DNA of 64,000 nucleotides from Camelus ferus (Eukaryota). This document shows, in pieces, positions 48,226-60,366 of this stretch. Location: contig NC_045707.1 of the NCBI RefSeq assembly GCF_009834535.1, positions 61,320,001 to 61,384,000 on the forward strand, written 5' to 3'. Position 1 is the first letter of the stretch, and each line of letters starts with the position of its first letter. Below the pieces are notes generated by a model that worked only from the letters and a program-made list of their open reading frames with translations, did not search any database and had not been told where the DNA came from. The position numbers and the translations under genes are program-made.

Positions 48226-49362
48226 ATGTGTCTGGTGTTCAATTTGCTTTTTTCCTCCTCAACTATCTTTTTCCTTCTTTTACTTTTTTATAGATTTGAG
48301 AGGAAGATTACAGTCTGGGAGTCCAATATTCCAGAAGTATCTAGTTTTTACTTAATATAAAACAATGAACCTCTTGTTATTAGCTAGATTCAAATAACAT
48401 ACGGTCACTAAATTATCTCATGAAAGAACATGAATCAAGATATTTTTCTTACTAGTGAGTAAAAGATAATTTTTGTTTATACAGGGTTCAGAAAGAATGA
48501 GTTATGTGAAAAACACTTCTAAGACCAAGATTGATAAATCAATTTGTAATTTTATAGCTATTCAATTGGCTCTCTTTCTAAATAATTGGTCATATCTTTA
48601 ATATATTCAGAAACTTTTTGAAATTGAGACTTGCCTCAATTTTCATTTAAATGAATAAAGGAAAAAAATATATATATATAGTAAGCAGAGGAAAATTCAA
48701 ATTTCAGATATTTTTCTATTTGATTCTGCATAATAAATTATAGAGTACTAGGGTAGAATTAGGATAGCTGACTAATGTTCATCAATTTACATTTGATTAC
48801 ATTTATTCTCTTTCTGTCTAGTTGACTTATTTTTCAGGCTTCACAGGTATTGTTCAGTTTAGGCTGCTGGGGATTTTTTCCCTCCTACGGCCAATCCTCT
48901 CACCCACAATCCAAAGAGAGCCAGGTGGAAGAGTCAGAAGTAAGAAAGGAAAACAGAGGAATGACGTGCAACTTTTTTTTCCTTACTAACCTCTTTCTTT
49001 TTTTCTCTCTTCTTTCTCTCTACTAAGCCATTAAGATAATCCTGGCGCAAGTGCTATGAATACCTCTTTTAAAATATGGCTTGCATTTTCTAAAACAATG
49101 CAGTTAAATGATAAATGTAATAGAGCTAACATAGACACAAAGTCAAGCCAGTCCAAGTTGGTTTAAAAGAAAATAAACATGTAAAGAGACAGGGAAAAAC
49201 AGATCTTTAGTGTCACGCAGTGCTAATGAGATAACAGGAGGTGTGTAGCCTTATGATTCAACCGTATCCCTCATGGCTCCACATATTATGGTTTGCTTAC
49301 AACCTCATGAATCAAAACATGTGTCACATTCATAAAAGTTTATCCAAGATTGAAAAATAAGA

Positions 49363-49495
49363 GGGGAGGGTATAGCTCAAGTGGTAGAGTGCATGCTTAG
49401 CATGCATGAGGTCCCAAGTTCAATACCCAGTACCTTCCTCTAAAAACAAATAAATAAGTAAACCTAATTACCGCCCCCCCCCCCAAAAAAGTAAA
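49363..49495 (+). mobile_element. Vic-1-like SINE
   Basis: ggggagggtatagctcaagtggtagagtgcatgcttagcatgcatgaggtcc..gttcaatacccagtacc..aaacctaattaccgcccc. Confidence 0.93.
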
Positions 49496-50343
49496 ACAGT
49501 TTTCAGAAGACAGTGTAGGAAACAGGGTATTTGGTATAATCAAAATTCAACTGGCTTCCAACATGAACTTTTTTTTTTCATGGCAGATAGAGAGGCATCT
49601 TTAATTGATAATCCCCCTGGTGTTTATGGAATTAGAACAGGGATAACCACTTGTACTTGCAGACTTTAATTATTCTGTCCAGATCGGATCAGAAAATCAT
49701 GAGCATGTCCTTTCATAAACATGAGGGTTATACAGAAGCCAGTAAATAGTCTCAACAGGGAGGTCCAGCAAAATGTACTGGAAAGAATAAAGAATTCTGC
49801 TGTCATCATTTCTGCTTGTTAACTTGCCATCTCAAAACCCCATATTTGTATTTTTTGCCTTGCACTAAAAATAAAGTCAGATTGCTTCGAACAATCAGTT
49901 ATTCCAAGTATATAAATGAAACAACAAAAGCATCCCATTGTTACAAGGTCTCCCCTCTGGCTCATTCCCCTTAATTTTGTTTTTCCAGTTTCATCTTAAA
50001 AAAAAAAAAATCAGATGCCCTTCTTTATAAATTGCACTGGCTTCATTCCCATTTCCTACCAATTCTCATCTATTTTAAAATCAAGTTTCTGGCCCATTTA
50101 GAAGTAAATTTGGCTTACTGACTGGCTGACTGTTTCTATGCCTGCCATATAAATTTAGTACCGCAACTCAAATGGAAGCGCTCAATGTTTTAGAAGAAAA
50201 TCAGAACAGGAAGAACCCTTTAATTTCATCTAAAGCCCTTCATTTTACTTGTAAATAGAAAATGAAGCAAATCCCTTTCCTTTCCCTTAAAGACTGGTAA
50301 AGAGAAAGACTCTTGGCTATAAACTTAATCAGATTTTTACAAC

Positions 50344-50944
50344 TGACGGACAGGAGGGAAGGGGGCAGGGCACGGCCATTAAAACAATGACACAACAGTT
50401 AGCACCAAGATGGCGGAAGATCAACTCCTAGTAAACCTTGAGCTTCAATATACACTCATTGAAATACAATAGCATGCTGAATGGTACTCCTACAGGTGCC
50501 AGGAGAGTTTTAAGGCTGATAATAGGTCAAAGGGTGGGTGATGGCCCAGTTCCTGGGAATCACCCCACTTCCCCAAAGTAGTTGGAATAACCTCCCACCT
50601 GTTAGCATATGCAGTTACCGAGACCGAAAAACTCGCAACACCTGCCTGTGGTGGCGGCGCTCCCTTCTGAGTGAGACCACCCACACTTAGTCTATGGAGT
50701 GTGTATCTACTTTGAGCACTTAATCTCCACAACTCATGGCCTTTCTCTTGCCTTCTGAAACAGCCTGCACTCTGTCTATGGAGTGTGTATCTCTCTTAAT
50801 AAATCTACCTTTACTCAACTGTGGCTCACTCTTGAATTCTTTCCCGCAAGAAGCCAAGGACCCACACTTGGCAGGGTGCATCCCAGGGACTGAACTGAGA
50901 TCTGGGACACAGCCATCTTCTCACCCCACATTTTTCCTGTATCA
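50344..50944 (+). mobile_element. ERV1 solo LTR, MER41-like
   Basis: 601 bp with TG..CA ends, an AATAAA near 50798 and a MER41-like 3' block 'tgaattctttcccgcaagaagccaaggaccc'. Internal 19-bp repeat gtctatggagtgtgtatct occurs twice. Confidence 0.85.
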
Positions 50945-52847
50945 TGACCACCTCACATTTGAGCGGGGTCTTTGTGTAGGTGAAGGGGCAGCTATAAGGA
51001 ATCTGTGCCCCAGTCCCCTGATTCTGACTTGCTCTTTTTCATCCTCCTCCACAATTTCAGAGTCTACTTCTTTTGTTTAAAAAAGGATTGCTCATACGTA
51101 AGAAGCATCATACTTAAATAAGAAGGAAAAGAAAGCTACTTTAAAATATTCTTCATTGTTTTCTGTTTTGACTAAAAGGAACATGTAAGTCAGAAAAAAA
51201 TGTTTTCTTCATTTTTGGTGTCGTTCTTTTTTATAATTCAATCAGAGCTTCAAGTTTTAAAAAAAAAATGTTTTAACTTATAAGACATTTGGAGAATACA
51301 ACAAAGGATTGAGTTGACCTCTGGTACCCAATTGAATTCCATAAATAATAGTTTTTATGAAATGGAAGCTGGGAATATTTGTAGAAAGTAATATACCAAA
51401 AGAATCCTAAAGACACTGAAAATCATGAATGTGTCCCAGGTAACTTTGATCTGTTTATGAGGACAAAGTTTCAATTCAGCTTTTTCTTGCCGTCTCCCCT
51501 GACAGTGGGAACATGAACTCTCTTAGAGTCTGTTCTTATTTTAAACATTTTTGCTTATGTTGTACATCTTTCTTGAAAAAAACATTTTTCTTTCCATCAT
51601 TAACTCATGCTAATCAGATCTGTTTTACTCCACATGAGAATTTATAACAGGATAACATAGCTTTCACCCAACGAGCTCCGAGCAAACAAATTCCTCTATG
51701 GGACCTCTTCAAAGGCGTCATCAGTCTCCTCTCTTAAAACATGTCTTAAATTCGCTGAACTCCTTATGGTGATGTGTGTTAATTGGTTTAGGCAACTTCT
51801 GTTCATTTCATTGACTTCCTGTCCCACTTTCCCACTTTTCATTGACTAGAATAGCCTGTCTTACTAGGTACAGAAACACCGGCAACTTCATAAACAAAGC
51901 AAAACAAATAAGCAAACAAACAAAAAGCTGTGACTAGGCCTTGACTCAGTGTTGTTTTGCATTCATGGACGAGATTGCTAATCTCTCTAGGAACACAGTC
52001 TTGAGAAACAGCCTAAATACTGCATCAAACTCTTCCCTGCATGCACTCTTCAGCTCCTCCCAATCCCCCTTGCTGTTATGTTTTTCCTAGTTTTGTTTAA
52101 TGTGGTCTAGGATGTTCTCATAGTTTTAAATGAATACATTAGGAAATTTGTTGAAATGTTTGAGCCTTACGACCATGGAGATACTTTTGAGGTCAAAGGA
52201 ATTTTTTACCTATTTAAAGAAACAAAAGTCCTTTAGACAATGATTCCTTAAATCAAAGCGTGGTTCTTTAAAACAAACAAACAAACAAAAAAAAACCCCT
52301 CTTCAATTAAAGATTTCTTTACCAGTTACTACACATTACATGAGTGATAATAAAACATCCCATGAACAGTTATTATTGGTTAAACCGATTGAAATAAGAG
52401 AGAATTATGGGCAGCTGCAAAACACATTCACGAGTGGTGAGAGAAACAGGCAGCTGTGATCCCATTTGCTATAAATATTTTTAATTAAAATCTGCTTCCT
52501 GGTTTTCAGTTTGCATAATAGCAGGGATACTTAGTTACGAGAAGGGTAAAGGGATGTCTTTCTTTTTCAAGAATAGCTTTTTAACTCTTCTATTAACAAT
52601 AACAATAATGGTGGTAATCCCGCTGGATGATAAGAAAATGAGCCAAATAATGAAACTCTCATTCCTTTCTAATTCTGCACCCAAGAATTTCAAGGTTTAA
52701 TCTGTTTGCTTTTAACACTTTCATTTCTAGATTAAAAGTCCCTGCTGTCCAGCAGGAATGTTTGCAAAGATTAAAGACAGTGCATAGATGTATCTCGGAA
52801 TGCCTACATGGGACCTGCATTAGAAGCACACATGCACGTGCCCCCCT

Positions 52848-52891
<44 letters not shown>
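52848..52891. repeat. (CA)n microsatellite
   Basis: Directly visible. Confidence 0.97.
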
Positions 52892-52893
<2 letters not shown>

Positions 52894-52949
52894 ATTTTCT
52901 CACTGAGATTCTGGCTTTTTGGCTTATAGGACTTTCTTCCCACTTGTAA

Positions 52950-53555
52950 CAGTTCCCTTTCATCTCATCATCCATTTGCTCTCAAACATTGATGCTTTTT
53001 AGAATCTAGTTCCCAGGTCATTCCTACTCTGCTTGCGCCACTCCACCCAGATCTACTCAGTTCTTCGTGGTATTAGCCGTTGTCTATATATTAATAATAC
53101 AAAAATCTCATTCTCTAGCCCTGTCTTCTCTCTTGAGCACTAAGGATGTATAGCTGGAGTCCCCTAAGCACTTAAAACTCATTGTTTTCCCCACATCTGC
53201 TTCTCCTTCTGTCTTCTAATACCAGTTAATAGCCCCACTGGACACTACATCACTGCAGCCAAAAGCCTTGAGGATACTTGAGACTTCTCTTTTCACCACA
53301 TTCTTCACTCCATTTTATGGGTCTCCACATCCTCAAGATTTTACTTCTTAAATATTTATCAGTTCTGTTCCTTCCACCTTTATCTTCATTGCTACAGCCC
53401 TTTATCTGGACCGGGAACATCCTTCCCTTGAATGTTACAATAGCCTTGTAACTGGGCTCCTGGTTCTTGGGTTTGGCTCCTCAAATTTATCATCTGCCTA
53501 AAGTGAAGTCTGGTCACATCACTCCCTTGCCTAAAATTTTGCAGTGGCTTTCCAC
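52950..53555 (+). mobile_element. L2 LINE fragment
   Basis: 'aaatctcattctctagccctg', 'aagcacttaaaactca' and 'tctggtcacatcactcccttgcctaaaattttgcagtggctttcc'. Confidence 0.85.
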
Positions 53556-53613
53556 CATTTAAATAAATAAATAAACCTAATTACCTCCACCCACCAAACA
53601 AACAAACACAAAA
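53555..53613 (+). mobile_element. Isolated 3' tail of Vic-1-like SINE
   Basis: ccatttaaataaataaataaacctaattacctccaccc matches the tails of the copies at 4036, 49363 and 57615. Confidence 0.75.
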
Positions 53614-53619
53614 TGAGAT

Positions 53620-55002
53620 ACTTAAAAGAGAAAAGAAAAATATGAAAAAGAACTAAATCAAACTTACAGAAATGATACAAATAAACAAGGAAATGGTGAT
53701 TTGGAAGACACTTCTAAGGAAATGGCTTAGAATGAAGACTAAAGACACATAGAGACATCAACTGTCAAAGAGTAGTTAGGAGAAATGGAGGACAGGGTGA
53801 GAACTGTAAAACTCTAATGAGAATTTCACAGAGAAAAGAAACAGTAGGAAAGAGAGAATATTTAAGTAGGAGATAGATGTTCAATATTAATGAAAATATG
53901 AATTTACAGACTGAAAATACAGGTCCTGAGTAGACTAAAGAAAAAAAAATCTTTATATAAATTTATTGTAGTGAAACTATAGAATTCCAGAGGCAAAGAA
54001 AAAATATTAAAAGCACCAAAAGGAAAAAGCACAGAGGAACAATCATTAGACTGATGGCCATGTTGCCATCAGCAAAATAAAAGCAAAAAGACAATTGAAT
54101 AATTTCCCAGGATGCTGAAATACATAAACCTAGAATTCTACACTCAAAAGAATTTCTTCAAGAGTGAGAATAAAATAAAGGCATTATCTGCAGAAGGCTG
54201 GGGGCAGGGTTTGGCACCCACACACTCACACTGAAAGAATTACCCAAAGATATATTTTAGTGAGAAAGGAATTGAATGTGTGGAGTGAGAGTGTAGGAGT
54301 GAGCAAAGAAATGGTAAATGCATAGTTAGATCTAAATAGGTAATGACTTTAAAATGAATATCTACGTGTGTGTGTTATATTTGAATAATTGGAGGGTATT
54401 TTAAAACAATGTGTGATACCTGTATTCAACATTATATTGGATGTCCAAGCCAGCATGGTAAGGAAAAGAAATGAAAGGTTAAGGATTGGAAAGAAAGAAA
54501 CAAAACTATTGTACAGAGACTACATTATTGATTATGTAAAAATCCCCTGAGAATCTGCACATTAATAGAATTAATAAGTGTTCTGAATGCTTGTTCTGTA
54601 TGATATTAATATCTAATTATGTTCCTAATTACCTACAATACAGAAAATGTAATTTTAAAAGATATCATTTAAAATAAGAACACAATTGCTAGATGCCTAG
54701 GAATACCTGTTAAAACATGCACAAGTGTTTGAAATGTTATGGAAAGACATTAAAGAAGACCTAAGTGAGTCGGAAGATCATACCATGTTATGGATAAAAA
54801 AAAGTCAATACATAAAGATGTCAGTTCCTGCCAAGTTAATTTTAAATTCACTGCAATTACAATAAAATTCCAATGTGTGTATGTGTGTGTAACTAGAGAA
54901 CTGATTCTAAACATCTAATTAACCAACAAAGGGACAAGAATAGCCCTGGCAGTTTTTTTAACGGACTGAGATGCAGAAAATCTCACTACTAGATATTGTA
55001 CC

Positions 55003-55045
<43 letters not shown>

Positions 55046-55850
55046 TTTTTTTTAAAGCATGATGTTATTACAGGAATAGCTAAGCAAACCAGTGAAACAG
55101 ACTAGACAGCCTGTATATGGAAATCGATCTACCACAGAGGAGGCATTGCAAAGCCACAAGAAAGGACAGTTTAATCAATAGTCTCGGGACAAATGGTTTT
55201 CCATTTGGAAACGATACAATTTGATTCCCACTTTACACCACACTGGAAAAATCAGTGCAAGATGAATTAAAACCAAAATGTAAAAATAAAGGCCTGAAAG
55301 CTATAGGGGGAAAAAAATGAGAGTATTTTATGATCAAATGTTATAAAGAAGAGAGGAAAAATTTTTAAAAGACAGAAAATTGCACATCATTAAGGAAGAA
55401 TGTTATAAAGTGGAGTATATTAAAATTTTAAATATCTATTCATCAAAGGATGCCACAAAAAGGTGAAAAGAAAAGCTGCATACCGGGAGAAGCTGTTGGC
55501 AGCACAATGTAATGCTAATTAGTGACTATCTGATTGGTAAAATGTTGATGAGGATATATACTGAGTAAAAAAGCATGTTGTAAAATATGTTCAATATAAT
55601 GCTTGTGTAAATTAAAATCGCGCAAAACAATACTGTATGATATTATGCGTGTATTCATATGTTATTAAATTATAAAGAAATGTAAGGCAAAGACACTTGA
55701 CAGCCTTAGGACAGCGATAGTCTTTGGACATAAAGGATTAGAAATTCTGAAAACCAATGTGGCAAAATGTTATTCTAGGTAGTAGGCACTAGCCAACAAT
55801 TTATTTTTCCTGTACCTTTCTGTGTGTCTACAATATTTTATAATTAAACA
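53620..55850 (+). mobile_element. Degenerate old L1 (ORF1 remnant, internally deleted ORF2, 3' UTR)
   Basis: A-rich. ORF1-like 'acctagaattctacactc', ORF2-like 'tattcaacattatattgga', 'aagacattaaagaagacctaa' and 'aagatgtcagttc', and an L1ME-like 3' end. Confidence 0.85.
55011..55044. repeat. (TA)n microsatellite
   Basis: Directly visible, within the L1. Confidence 0.95.
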
Positions 55851-57105
55851 AAATCTAAACAGACATTGACTTTTAAATAAATGATAAATATATGCATGTG
55901 TGCCTATATTTGTTTGGAAGAATTTGAAAAACTGTGTGATACTTCTATTCAACATTACATTGGATTTTTTAGAAACAGTGGAAAAATTATTCTTATAAAA
56001 GTCTTATGCCTTGATCTGGACAGATTACATACATTACCCAAGTGTTAAAGCTATACTTGGTAAACAGCTTTGATCACTAAAGAATGAACAACCGTGTTCT
56101 CAGCCCTGGTGTCCCTCTGTGTCTCTGTGTGGTGCTCTCTCTGAAGGCGATGAGGGAACAGAAGATGGTCAGGATGGAATTGAAAATTGAAGGTAGATTA
56201 ATCTAGTCTCCGAACAAATTGAACTACTGAAAATGTCAAAAGACCTGTGCCTCACTTACTGATATTAGCCAATTCAGCATAAAGCAGAGAGTTGAGGATG
56301 GTGGAGTCAAATTTATGCTTGGAGAGATTTCGGTTTACGTTTTTCTTTTAAATGGTGATGCAGGAGAAGGCATGAAGAACAGGGCTATTTCAGTATTCTT
56401 GTGTCTCGGTCACACCCGGCTGCCCCTCTTTAGGCAGGGAGGCTCCAGCCTTGCGTGCTTGCTAATGAGGTGTCCAGCTGCTAAGTACCCTTGGGTTTTT
56501 CCTCTTCACTCTCCATAAGCCAGATTTAGGAATGTCTACAGGGGAGGCAGGAATGTCTCAAAGGCGCTGTTGGCGAAGCTGGTGAAAGATGTGGTCTGTC
56601 TGAATGAAAGTTACGGGCGCAGTGGTTTTCTGCCATGTGGCACAGGACTCTCAGGCTCTGCCAGATCCCCTCCTCTCAGCCCTGTCTCTCTCACAGTCCC
56701 TGGCAAAGACGGCCACCAGCTCCTCTGATTCCCCTCCTCCCCCACCTGTGTTTACTTCTGGGCTAGCCCTTGCCCCTTGGAACATGGTGTGTGTCTTCAG
56801 AGTTCTGTGTTGTGGATTTGAGGCTCTATTAGGGCCAGAGCTGCATCTTAACAAATATTCAGGTGACTTGCTCATTGAAGACCTAGGATGTTTGTGAGAA
56901 AACATAGCTTTTGAATGGATACAATTAAAAACAGAAATTATAGAATCACATATTTTGAAAAAGTCTTTATTCCAATTTAGTGATCCTGGAAGACACACAC
57001 ATATACACACACACATGTGTGAACATATTTTTGAAACTGCTTTTTTAATATTAGTATCTCTGTTACATCTTCCCTAAGTTGTTGTAGCATTCTATATTAC
57101 TTTTT

Positions 57106-57152
57106 TACTTTTTTTTTAATCAAAGTATAGTCAGTTTACAATGTTGTGTTAA
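57106..57152 (-). mobile_element. Extremely truncated L1 3' tip with 15-bp TSD
   Basis: T-tail plus 'aatcaaagtatagtcagtttacaatgttgtgttaa'. TSD tctatattacttttt at 57091-57105 and 57153-57167. Confidence 0.9.
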
Positions 57153-57614
57153 TCTATATTACTTTTTAAAAATATTCTAAATTGTGACAAAGCTTTGTTA
57201 TTTAAGGGTGAATGTGAGTTTTGGAATTAGCTAAGAGCTACATAGAGTTCATTTTAATCAAAACATAGCAAAGCCATCTCATGGGATCTTTCAAATCTGC
57301 CAAAATTTTATTTAAAATGCATGAGTTTCTCCCTAGTCCTGGAGAGAAAATGTTTATCAAGAATGTCTACACCAATCTAGGACTGCTTAATTCTGACTCC
57401 TTTACATGAAAGATAAGTAAACTGTCTAATTTAAGCTGTGACTATTTAGAGTTATTTTTTAATTTGTAGCCAAACAAAATTAATTAATAATAAATAATGT
57501 ATAGAGTACCCAAGAATATGTCCTATGTCAACAAAGTGGTAGATATCAACTTTTTATCTACCCTGAAGTTCAGAAAATTGTGATTTAGTATCTTCAGAAA
57601 TTTTACCTTTTTTA

Positions 57615-57741
57615 ACATTATTTTTGGAGGGGCAGGTAATTAGGCTTGTTTATTTTTGGAGGAGGTACTAGGGATTGAACTCAGGACCTCATGCATACTA
57701 AGCATGCACTCTACCATTTGAGCTATACCTATACCTCCCCC
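57615..57741 (-). mobile_element. Vic-1-like SINE
   Basis: ggggcaggtaattagg..ggaggtactagggattgaactcaggacctcatgcatactaagcatgcactctaccatttgagctatacc. Confidence 0.93.
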
Positions 57742-58728
57742 TTAGGAACTTCTTTATTCTTCCTGTTCTGTAGTGACAAAATCTGAAATAATTTACTGTC
57801 TCTCTTTGCAAGAGTTTCTGGCTACCCCCAGCATGCCCAGGGTAATCAGGGACATCTGTTGAACTCACTTCTCTTATCAGTTTATATTTTCATCTATAAT
57901 TAAAGTTTGAGTTCATGAATAATGAATGCCAGTCAACTATAGCCTAAAAATTCTGAGGGCCTGATGTTGACCAAATAATTTTTTTATGATTTTTGTTTAA
58001 ATTTATTTCTAAGAGTTTTTGTTTGGATTATTGTTACTAAAAAGCATTAATCTATTGTTACTAAAGTGTCTAGGTTCTATATATGGTGTCAGCAGAAACC
58101 CAAAACTACCTTTGAGAATTGATGAAATTTGTTTCTTGTTCTATGTTTCTGCTCTTTCCTGCTTGAGAATGTTAGATTTTAATGAATAATTCAGTGGCTT
58201 AAAGTTAATTCCCATACCAACACTATCCCACTTTAACAAACCAAACAACCCTAATAAATAAATAACAAAGAAAACCCAGGCAATTTGAGGTCTTTTCATA
58301 ATGCTAATAATACTGCGGCCAAAAACAAGTTGTGGGAACTCAGAAATCAATAGAGACATCGGGGCCTTAATGATAGCTGTTGTATTTGGCCCTTCAGAAA
58401 TGTAGTGAGATTTAAAAAAAAAGGTTCATGGGAATTCCTTTTACCTTCTTTCATAGCATCCATTCAGTTGATTATTTAATAGATGTTTATGACACATCTA
58501 CTATGTGCCAAACACTAAATTTGACACTGAGCAAAAATATTTCTTGCCTCCAAGGAGTTCCAATGACTTCAACGAGTCTAGTAAGCTTACATTTCATCTA
58601 TTAAAAATATTACTGATGGTCACTTACCCATAAAGTCTGATGTAACTTAAACAAATGAGAAGAAATTTTATATCAACCTAAAATGAAATATAGACAGAAC
58701 TTCAAAGTTAATCTTCTAGCATGATAAT

Positions 58729-58781
58729 TATAATAATAGATAATATGTGAAAATCTATAATAATAGATAATATGTGGAAAT
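58729..58781. repeat. 27-bp tandem duplication
   Basis: tataataatagataatatgtgaaaat / tataataatagataatatgtggaaat. Confidence 0.9.
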
Positions 58782-58786
58782 ATATT

Positions 58787-59144
58787 ATACGTTTTGGTCA
58801 GTTTGTGCTGCTGTAACAAAGCACCATACACTGGCTGGCTTATAGACAACAGGAATTTGTTTTCTGCAGTTCCAGAAGCTGGAAGACCAGGAATAGGGGG
58901 CTAGCATGGGTGGGCTTCTGATGAAGACCCTTTTCCGGGTTACAGATGTCTATCTTCTTCTTGTATCTTCCCTTGATGGAAAGAGGGTTAAAAGAGCCTT
59001 TTATGAGGGCACTAATCCTACTCATGAGGGTTCCACCTCCATGACCTAATTACCTCCCAGAGACCCACCTCTCAGTACCACCACATTTGAGAGCAGGATT
59101 CGACATATGAATTTTGGAAGGACACAAACATTCCGTCCACTGCA
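58787..59144 (-). mobile_element. MLT1A-type MaLR solo LTR
   Basis: 'gctgctgtaacaaagcaccata', 'agggcactaatcc..catgacctaattacctccca' and 'atatgaattttggaaggacacaaacattc'. Confidence 0.9.
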
Positions 59145-59149
59145 CAATA

Positions 59150-59300
59150 TAAACGGTCTTAGGAGATAATTGCTGTTATTACTCCTTTATACAAATGAGG
59201 GAACTGAGCGTTACTGAAGTGCCATTATGTGTCCAAAATCACACCACCCAGAAAAATGTAAGTAAGGATTCAAGTCAGGTAGTCTGACTCTAGAGCCTAG
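59150..59300 (-). mobile_element. MIR fragment
   Basis: 'tacaaatgagggaactgag..aggattcaagtcaggtagtctgactctagagcc'. Confidence 0.8.
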
Positions 59301-59467
59301 AGTGGAGGTATTTTCAAAACTCTTTTTGTTTAATAAGGCACAAAGCACTTCTCATATTCTCCAAATATTTAGATATCTGCCATATGGCTTCTCCAGAGTG
59401 AGAACTTGTATTTCATATGTCCCAGATGCAGTTTGTGGCAGCCTTGCATTTTTAAAAGCACATATTT

Positions 59468-59575
59468 GGGGGAAGGTATATAGCTCAGTGGTAGAGCACA
59501 TGCTTAGCATGCATGAGGTCCTGGGTTCAGTCCCCAGTACCTCCATTTAAAAAATTTTTTTTAATTAAAAAAACT
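59468..59575 (+). mobile_element. Vic-1-like SINE (short-tail form)
   Basis: gggggaaggtatatagctcagtggtagagcacatgcttagcatgcatgaggtcctgggttcagtccccagtacctcca followed by an A/T tail. Confidence 0.93.
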
Positions 59576-59930
59576 AAAACATTTATTTTCAGGCTCAGAC
59601 TCTATCCCTCTGAATGGGACACAGCACCTCACCATTGAATTCAGAGTGGTCACAACTTTGGGTTTCTTAAAATGGAAAGTATTTTCATCTCCTTGTTGAG
59701 ATAGGTTGGTGCTGGTAGCTTTGTTTCCATTTAGTTTAAATATTTCAATATTTATTGGTTGAAATCTCATACTTAAAAGATAAACTTCTATGAAAAAACC
59801 AAGATGATTTTACACCACCCAAACACATAAAAGCATGTGTGATCAATTTCAGGCTCCTGCTAAGTACACCAGGGCTACTCTGAAATTTCTATACACAACC
59901 CTTCTGTATATAATAACCACTATTAGTAGA

Positions 59931-60366
59931 TGTTGATAAGTTAGGATGATATTCATCTGTGAGAAACAAAAACCCAGTAAACATTTAAAATATCAGGTTT
60001 ACTGTAGATTGCCCAAGGCTAAGGCAGCATCTCTAAAATGTCATCAGAGAACTAAATTTGTTCTCTTTCTGCCCCTTAGTGATGACTTTCATCCTCATGG
60101 TTTCATGATGGCTGCTATCATTCCAGCCATCACAGGCATGTTTCAAGCAGGAAGAATGGGGAAAAGCAAAGCAACAATAAGCTCTCTCAGTCCCTAGGGA
60201 CTTCCGTCTACATCTTATAAGCCAGAATTGAGCTACATAGCTACTCTTAGCTGAGAGAAAGGCTGGGAGTTGAACATACTGGTTTTCTAGTTTCAACAGC
60301 AGTGAAAACAAGACAGAAGGACTGGAGAAGGGTATTGGAAGAGACTTACAATGGCATTGACTACAG
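59931..60366 (-). mobile_element. Old MaLR LTR (MLT1J/K-like)
   Basis: 'gatggctgctatcattccagccatcaca', 'gccagaattgagctacatagctac' and 'aaggctgggag'. Confidence 0.7.

Noticed and set aside
49363..49440. tRNA-Ala gene (also the other SINE heads)
   Set aside because: Copies are divergent, carry A-rich tails and in several cases TSDs, so they are SINEs rather than tRNA genes.
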